Assembly: GCA_039914625.1 (NCBI GenBank) | Contig: JBDSOU010000123.1 | Coordinates: forward strand, 1-50,285 | DNA length: 50,285 nt | Reading direction: 5' to 3' | Source of the DNA: Bacteroidia bacterium | GTDB taxonomy: Bacteria > Bacteroidota > Bacteroidia > AKYH767-A > OLB10 | Shown: positions 44,470-50,285 of the stretch, one piece after another | Layout: each line of letters begins with the position of its first letter | How positions within the stretch are numbered: position 1 is the first letter of the stretch | Translations under genes and position numbers: made by a program | The notes under the pieces: model-generated | The model's input: the letters and a program-made list of their open reading frames with translations, nothing else | The model's database searches: none | What the model was told of the DNA's origin: nothing

Positions 44470-46650
44470 TCAATTATGTTGAACGATTATTTTCTGCCTG
44501 TAAATTTGGCTGCCGTCATAAAGCATAAGCAGATATATTCCGTCCGAAATTTTATTTACAGGAATCTGAATGAATTCATTTCCTGAACTTATTTGGTTTG
44601 AAAGCACACTTTTCCCTGTGATATCTATTAATTCTATAACAAGTTTTTTAGAAGTTGTTAAAAGGCGCACTGATATGAATTCATTGCATGGATTAGGATA
44701 AACCGAAAAAGATTTGTTGTTATTAACTATGTGAGATATCCCTGTAGTTAATCCATTTTGAGTAACTACCCCAACTCCTCCGGCAGTTGCCAGCCATACA
44801 TCTCCATTATTATCCGCATAGTTGAAATTAACATCATCATTCGGGATCCCTGAATTAAATATATCAAAAATTGTAAAGGTGTTTTGAATTATATCAAGTT
44901 TAATCAATCCAATAGGCAGTGCACAGGCAAAGGTGCAGCCGCCCGCACTGCATAAAATATTTCCCTGCTTATCTATAGAAATAGATTTAATATCCGGTGT
45001 TGGAATCATTGAATTGGAAGTATTGTAATTTGTCCAGGAAGTTCCGTCAAAACGGCTGATGCCCCCAGGTGTAAAATAACATCCAATCCATTTTTTATTC
45101 AGGCTGTCAATTGCAATGGATGTGATGTAATCAGTCTGGATTCCCGAATTGGATGTATTGTATATATTCCAGATGCCGGTTGAAGGAATATATTCTGCAA
45201 GTCCTCCTCCTTCAGTGCCAATCCAGCAATTTGCATTTTGGTCAAATAGTATTACGCGAACCGAATCAGAAGGCAGCATCGAATTGGAAGTATTGAATAA
45301 TGTCCAGGATGTTCCGTCATATTTTACCATACCTCCTCCGAAAGTTCCGACCCATACTGAAGAATCGGGAGCTATGGTAATTTCTATAACTTTACTGGAA
45401 GCTAAAATTGAATTTGTTGTATCGTAATATACCACATTGATACCGTCATATTTATACAGCCCAGTGTATGTGGCAAACCATTTATTTCCGGTGCAATCAA
45501 TTGCCATGGTAATTAAATTTTTATCCGGGAGAAGCATGTTTAATGTATCTTCTGCATTCCAGTTAGTCCCGTCAAATGTTGCGACTCCATTATAGGAAAC
45601 AAACCATTTTATTCCGGCATTGTCAACTACAATTTCATTGACGAGGTTATTTCCGATTGCTGAATTGGAGGTATTAAAAAATTGCCATGAAGTTTCATCA
45701 AAACGCGCTAATCCACCCCTTGAATAATTATGTCCGTAAAGTGTGGGGGTTGTCCCAATCCACTTAACATTGTTGTTGTCAATTGAAATAGCTGTTACAA
45801 AATCACTCGGAATATCCGAACTGTCAGTTGTAAAAACCGCAAAGGTTGTATCATTAAAATTTGCAAGTCCATAATATGTTCCTATCCATTTCAACCCGTT
45901 ATTATCAATAGCTAAACTAAATATCAGATTATCCGGTAAAGCAGAATTTGATGTATCATAAGTAACCCAATTTACACCATCAAACTTTGTTAAACCTGTA
46001 TAAGAAGTCAGCCACACTACAGAATCTTCGTTCAAAACATATTTTGTATAGTTGTCAGGAATACCAGAATTGGAAGTATTATAAACCGTCCAATTGGTCC
46101 CATCATATTTCGCAAGTCCGCTGTTAGTAGCAATCCACATATTTCCGTTTATGTCAATTGAAGTTGATTGCGTATTGTCAGAAGGCAAACCAGAATTACC
46201 AGTATTATAAACTGTCCATGACACCCCATCAAATTTTATCAAACCGACACTGGAACACAACCACAAATTATTTGCAGCATCCACATTTATGTGATAAACA
46301 TAATCAGTAGAAATTCCTGAATTTGCAGTATTGAATTCTGTCCAGCTTATCCCATCAAATTTTATTAACCCAAAGCCAAATTCGCTTATCCAGATATTTC
46401 CGCTGTTATCGGATTTTAAAAAATAAACATCATTGACAGGTAAATCTGAATTCGCCTTATTATAAAAAGCCGTTGTGCCTGAAATCAAATCAATCGAAAC
46501 AATACCTCCTGTTGAGCCCGACCAGATTTTATTATTATTAATATCAGTCGAATTAATCCATTTGCCATTGGTATGATTAGTCCATTCTGGAGATTGAGCG
46601 TTTGCGCCCAATACAATTAATTGAAAAATTATACAAGTTGCTATTCTCAT
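44470..46650 (-). CDS. secreted Reg_prop-type (two-component-regulator propeller) repeat protein with T9SS CTD
   Basis: 726 aa. There are ~13 tandem ~47-aa repeats of the form GL.KFDG.SWT.YNT.NSG.P.......I..D..GN.WI.T. CTD: FSVYPNPCNEFISV...GIYLLMLYD...QKIIVQ. Confidence 0.85.
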   Translation of the reverse strand: MRIATCIIFQLIVLGANAQSPEWTNHTNGKWINSTDINNNKIWSGSTGGIVSIDLISGTTAFYNKANSDLPVNDVYFLKSDNSGNIWISEFGFGLIKFDGISWTEFNTANSGISTDYVYHINVDAANNLWLCSSVGLIKFDGVSWTVYNTGNSGLPSDNTQSTSIDINGNMWIATNSGLAKYDGTNWTVYNTSNSGIPDNYTKYVLNEDSVVWLTSYTGLTKFDGVNWVTYDTSNSALPDNLIFSLAIDNNGLKWIGTYYGLANFNDTTFAVFTTDSSDIPSDFVTAISIDNNNVKWIGTTPTLYGHNYSRGGLARFDETSWQFFNTSNSAIGNNLVNEIVVDNAGIKWFVSYNGVATFDGTNWNAEDTLNMLLPDKNLITMAIDCTGNKWFATYTGLYKYDGINVVYYDTTNSILASSKVIEITIAPDSSVWVGTFGGGMVKYDGTSWTLFNTSNSMLPSDSVRVILFDQNANCWIGTEGGGLAEYIPSTGIWNIYNTSNSGIQTDYITSIAIDSLNKKWIGCYFTPGGISRFDGTSWTNYNTSNSMIPTPDIKSISIDKQGNILCSAGGCTFACALPIGLIKLDIIQNTFTIFDIFNSGIPNDDVNFNYADNNGDVWLATAGGVGVVTQNGLTTGISHIVNNNKSFSVYPNPCNEFISVRLLTTSKKLVIELIDITGKSVLSNQISSGNEFIQIPVNKISDGIYLLMLYDGSQIYRQKIIVQHN

Positions 46651-46931
46651 TGTTTTGTTTTTTTAACCGACATTGATATATTTACTCTCCTTGTATTCAC
46701 CTCAGCATTGCAGGTATCCATCTGAAATCTGATAAAAGAGTGGATTCCAAGCCAACAACATAAAGGTAATAATTTTTACAGCTAATCTGAATTAGATTCA
46801 ATTATTGTTTTAAAATAGTTCTTTTTAACATTTTATAATCATTATTTATCCTGATTGCATCTTGATCAACCTAAGGGGCTGCGCGACATGTAAGGGAGAG
46901 GATTTAATTGTTACAAATTGTCTTTTTATTT

Positions 46932-48380
46932 TCAACGGCTCAATGTAATATCATAAGGATTAACCGAGACTTCATTTTTATAATTCGGAATCACTTGAAG
47001 GGTATTCAAATCAATAGCGGTTATGTTTCCGTTTTTCCCATCGCAAACGGGAGCATGATGTCCTCCGTAACTGCCGCTTATATTCCGGTTTGCGATATAT
47101 AATTTTTTGTTTTCTTCATCAATTGAAATTCCTCTAGAATCAATTCCTGCTTCAACAGCGACAACAAAAGAGTTGGTTTGATAATTGATAAAATCAATTT
47201 CACTTTTCTTTTGTGTATCAGGGACACCCATACAGCAAACAATTATATAAGGAGTTGTTTTTGAGATGCAAATTTTTGCAGGGTCGGGACCTACAGGAAT
47301 TATTGCAAGCAAACTATCATTGGATGTTTGCAATACTCTAAGTTCTGAGGACAATTGACAGGAAACATAATATTTTGTTTCGTCCTGACTGAATATTATA
47401 GAATAAGGATTTAAGACAGGATTGTAGTCAACGGGAACACCTGTTTCGAGAGATATTTCATTGATAACAGGCAGCAATGGATTTGTAACATTGATTTTAT
47501 ATATATAATTTCCCTCTTGTGGTGTAACATATAATATAGTGCCTGTATTATTTAAACAGGATTCATTTGGAGATTTGAATCCGTTGTTATAGCTTGTTAT
47601 AAATTGCAGATTCTCAAGATCAACATATAATATTCTTCCATTGGGTTGTTCATCAGTAATGAATGCTTTTTTTGAATCGGCTGTAATAGTTAATGACGTC
47701 CATAATCCCTGACCGACTGGAATCTCACCGATTCGAAGATTATCAGAAACTCGAAATTTCTGAATAACAGTTGATGCACTGAAAATTACATACCAGTAAA
47801 GATTGTCGGGAGAAACTTTTATCATAGAAGGTGCTTCTATGTCCTGTGTTATTCCAACATCTATATATCTCATGGAAAGTCCTGATGAAGCATCCATGAC
47901 TGTCACAACATCGCAACCACTGTTGCATATATAAAATTTTGTTTTGTCTTTAGCATCGGAATAATTTACAAATCCGTTTTTGTCGGACGCCCCTTGTGCA
48001 ATCCAATTTTTTAGTATATTGTATTCCCTTGCTGAAAGCGATGCTGAATTATAAGGCATTGTTGGTTTGAGAGAAATTCCGATTGCCGAATCTGTATTTG
48101 TATAGTATAATAATGTGCTGAAATCCGGGCGGTAAGGAATCACTGCCGCACCTCTGTCACCTCCTTCAAAAAGTTTTGTCCATGTCTGCTGTGAAAGTCC
48201 TTCAGCATCATTTTTGCTTTGGTCGGTATGACAACCTGAAGAGGCGCATTTGGTTGTAATTATTTTTTCGACATCGGGCGGATAGGTTGTATCTAGTTCA
48301 GGTTGTTTTGAATCATAGGTGCATGAAGAAAATTTTAGCATGACTATGATTAAAACTATCGTGCTAAAGTTTTTTTTCAT
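46932..48380 (-). CDS. lipoprotein with PSCyt1-like (planctomycete cytochrome-c-like) N-domain and YVTN/YncE-like beta-propeller
   Basis: 482 aa. Lipobox LKFSSC. TKCASSGCH......GL......W.KL.EGGDRGAAVIPY.P..S.L........MP...L...E...L..WI..GA fits the PSCyt1 layout, but with CX4CH instead of CXXCH. The C-terminal region is repetitive, beta-rich and propeller-like. Confidence 0.65.
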   Translation of the reverse strand: MKKNFSTIVLIIVMLKFSSCTYDSKQPELDTTYPPDVEKIITTKCASSGCHTDQSKNDAEGLSQQTWTKLFEGGDRGAAVIPYRPDFSTLLYYTNTDSAIGISLKPTMPYNSASLSAREYNILKNWIAQGASDKNGFVNYSDAKDKTKFYICNSGCDVVTVMDASSGLSMRYIDVGITQDIEAPSMIKVSPDNLYWYVIFSASTVIQKFRVSDNLRIGEIPVGQGLWTSLTITADSKKAFITDEQPNGRILYVDLENLQFITSYNNGFKSPNESCLNNTGTILYVTPQEGNYIYKINVTNPLLPVINEISLETGVPVDYNPVLNPYSIIFSQDETKYYVSCQLSSELRVLQTSNDSLLAIIPVGPDPAKICISKTTPYIIVCCMGVPDTQKKSEIDFINYQTNSFVVAVEAGIDSRGISIDEENKKLYIANRNISGSYGGHHAPVCDGKNGNITAIDLNTLQVIPNYKNEVSVNPYDITLSR

Positions 48381-48467
48381 TTTGATTATTGTAATTTTAA
48401 TTACGGCAATTGATTCTGTTCAGGAGCTCCGCACCACAATCGCGGAACTCCCGAAACAGAAAAAAAT

Positions 48468-50285
48468 TTATTCTACGATTATTTTTTTCACTGCCTTTGA
48501 TGAACCTTGCGAAAGGTTCAGGAAATACATTCCTTTGGCAAGACCAAGTTTTTTCAATTGAATTGAATTGGTTTGATTCGGAACTATATTTACTTCACCT
48601 GTTGAATACGCTTCTTTTCCTTGAATGTCGGTCAGTGTAATTTTAACTTTGTCTTTTGAAACATAGCCATTGAGTGAGAAATACAAAATATCAGAAGCGG
48701 GATTGGGATAAACACTGAAAGAATTTGTGAAAGCATTTTCTGAAATTCCTGTCTGTACATCACCAACAAAAATATCATCTACATAAAAATTATTTCCATA
48801 ATTGCTGATGGAAGTAAAATTCAGAATTACTTCAGCTTGTCCTGCATAAGCTGCCATGCTTACTGAATCGGTTCTCCATTGTGTTGCTGTTGGCGTGAAT
48901 GTACCTGTTGTTACGGGAGCAGTTGAAAGAGTGGTTCCTGATTTATTATATACAGAAGTCCATGTGTTTCCGCAATCGGTTGAAATTACAACCTGTAGAC
49001 CATCATTAGAGGCTGTATTATATTTTGCATAAGCAACATTGAATCGCAACCATGTATTTGCAGTTGCATTGGTCATGTCAACAATAGGCGACATTAAATA
49101 ATCTTTTTGTCCCGTAATATCCATATTGCCTGAATAATTATCCATTTTCATACTTCCTGTACTTGCACCAAACCCGCCAACTGTTACCCGTGACATTTTG
49201 CAATTTTTATTAAAGTTTACATAGTTCCATCCGGCAGGAGGAAATGTTGTTGCAGTGAATCCTTCGGTAAAAGGTAAAATGGATGGAGGGTTTATTACAC
49301 GAAACGAACCTGTAAAGGTATTGTTCAGGTCAACATCGTCTGAGACTCCGTTTACAGTATTTATACGGGCAGTAAGAAGGTGACTTCCGTTAAGTGCAGT
49401 GGAAAATGGAAAAGTAACTGTTGCGGTACTACCGGAATTTAATGTTCCATTCCATGTAAAAGTAACGGCAGAACCCGCATCAATTGTATATTCTAAATCA
49501 AGAGAAGTAATTACATTGATTCCATTGTTTGCAATTGTAATTTCCGGTGTTATGTTTCCATCACAAACATTAAAGATTGTAGCATAATATGAAGGGATGA
49601 AATTTTCAACCGATGGAGTATTAATACTGATAATTGCTGCATCGGTTGCGGGAGCAGTCACATCAAGACGGTAAACTTTGCTTTCTGTTTTATTCACGCA
49701 CCATATATGTCCGTCTGGACCCACTTTTACTCCCATCATTCCCGGATGACCCGTTACAATCGTTTGTAATAATGTAAAAGCACTTGTTGTACTATATAAA
49801 TAAATATCTCCAGTGGTGTAATCAGAAACAATTAATCTGCCATTGTAATAATCAATTCCGCAAGGTTGTGTGGTAAGTGTATCGAGTTCTTCCACTGTCA
49901 CAGTTTGCACTTTCCAATAACCTGCGAGTGGTTCAGAGGCTGTAGCCGGTACTGTAAGAGTTCCGGTTATAGTACCGCTGTTGGTATCCATGCGTTTTAT
50001 TTTTTTCGGTCCGCCATCAACATAATACAGCCAGCCCGTTGATTTATCGAGAACCATGTGACTTGGAACTTGTGGCACACGTGTAACGCTTACATCTATA
50101 TAACGCCATATTTTTCCTGCACCATGATTATCATAACCGGGACCGTGGTCCATTACGTAATCATATTTGCAAATATTATCGTTATGTCCATCCATCACCC
50201 AATATGCCATTGCCGAATCATGAGCAATTCCCATAGAGAAAGGACTTTGATGGAGCATATCAATATGGCTTCCGAGCGGGTAACC
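48468..50285 (-). CDS. secreted NHL/beta-propeller-like protein with MAM-like module and T9SS CTD; N-terminus lies outside the window
   Basis: The frame is open from the window edge (GYPLGSHID-MLHQSPF...), so the ATG at 50258 is probably internal. The MAM-like module FTEGFTATTFPPAGWNYV...NNFYVDDIFVG parallels 1288..3393. CTD: FSVYPNPASDILYFSL...GMYFLNLSQ...KKIIVE. Confidence 0.8.
   Translation of the reverse strand, partial: GYPLGSHIDMLHQSPFSMGIAHDSAMAYWVMDGHNDNICKYDYVMDHGPGYDNHGAGKIWRYIDVSVTRVPQVPSHMVLDKSTGWLYYVDGGPKKIKRMDTNSGTITGTLTVPATASEPLAGYWKVQTVTVEELDTLTTQPCGIDYYNGRLIVSDYTTGDIYLYSTTSAFTLLQTIVTGHPGMMGVKVGPDGHIWCVNKTESKVYRLDVTAPATDAAIISINTPSVENFIPSYYATIFNVCDGNITPEITIANNGINVITSLDLEYTIDAGSAVTFTWNGTLNSGSTATVTFPFSTALNGSHLLTARINTVNGVSDDVDLNNTFTGSFRVINPPSILPFTEGFTATTFPPAGWNYVNFNKNCKMSRVTVGGFGASTGSMKMDNYSGNMDITGQKDYLMSPIVDMTNATANTWLRFNVAYAKYNTASNDGLQVVISTDCGNTWTSVYNKSGTTLSTAPVTTGTFTPTATQWRTDSVSMAAYAGQAEVILNFTSISNYGNNFYVDDIFVGDVQTGISENAFTNSFSVYPNPASDILYFSLNGYVSKDKVKITLTDIQGKEAYSTGEVNIVPNQTNSIQLKKLGLAKGMYFLNLSQGSSKAVKKIIVE

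Overview
This is about 50.3 kb of a Bacteroidota-like chromosome. The assignment rests on at least seven secreted proteins ending in T9SS type-A C-terminal sorting domains, TAnnTTTG-type -7 promoter boxes, no Shine-Dalgarno sequences, and roughly 40% G+C by eye.

Housekeeping genes recognised with high confidence are recJ, polA, a NifS/IscS-type cysteine desulfurase, pdxA, an M17 leucyl aminopeptidase, an MqnC/MqnE-family radical-SAM enzyme, ferritin, a VIT1/CCC1 transporter and tRNA-Glu(UUC).

Three accessory stretches interrupt them:
- 6.9-13.0 kb is a junkyard. It holds copies of an intergenic repeat family, a strongly AT-rich 730-aa orphan gene, and a free-standing GIY-YIG-like ORF. It also holds a decayed fragment of a second GIY-YIG copy fused to an IS256-type transposase tail, a ~280-bp MITE with ~50-bp terminal inverted repeats, and a ~15-unit array of degenerate 21-bp repeats.
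- 33.1-34.3 kb, around the tRNA, holds a second MITE-like element and a DUF2779-like gene remnant.
- 35.9-43.6 kb is a minus-strand copper/heavy-metal cluster. It contains a CPH-type P1B ATPase, DUF3347, an HMA-MauE/DoxX fusion, an HMA-AraC regulator, three CPMHPE...CxKCGM modules and a secreted Met/Cys-rich protein. Its multicopper-oxidase/CopB-like gene is broken by at least six frame disruptions, mostly at homopolymer tracts.

A 47-bp motif is shared by three upstream regions: two inside the metal cluster and one in front of a sugar-dehydrogenase/PA14 T9SS protein.

I found no convincing new multi-gene system: no CRISPR, defence, phage or conjugation module. The most unusual signals are the repeat and non-coding architecture and the peculiarities of the metal cluster. 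All family calls come from motif recognition by eye; no searches were run.
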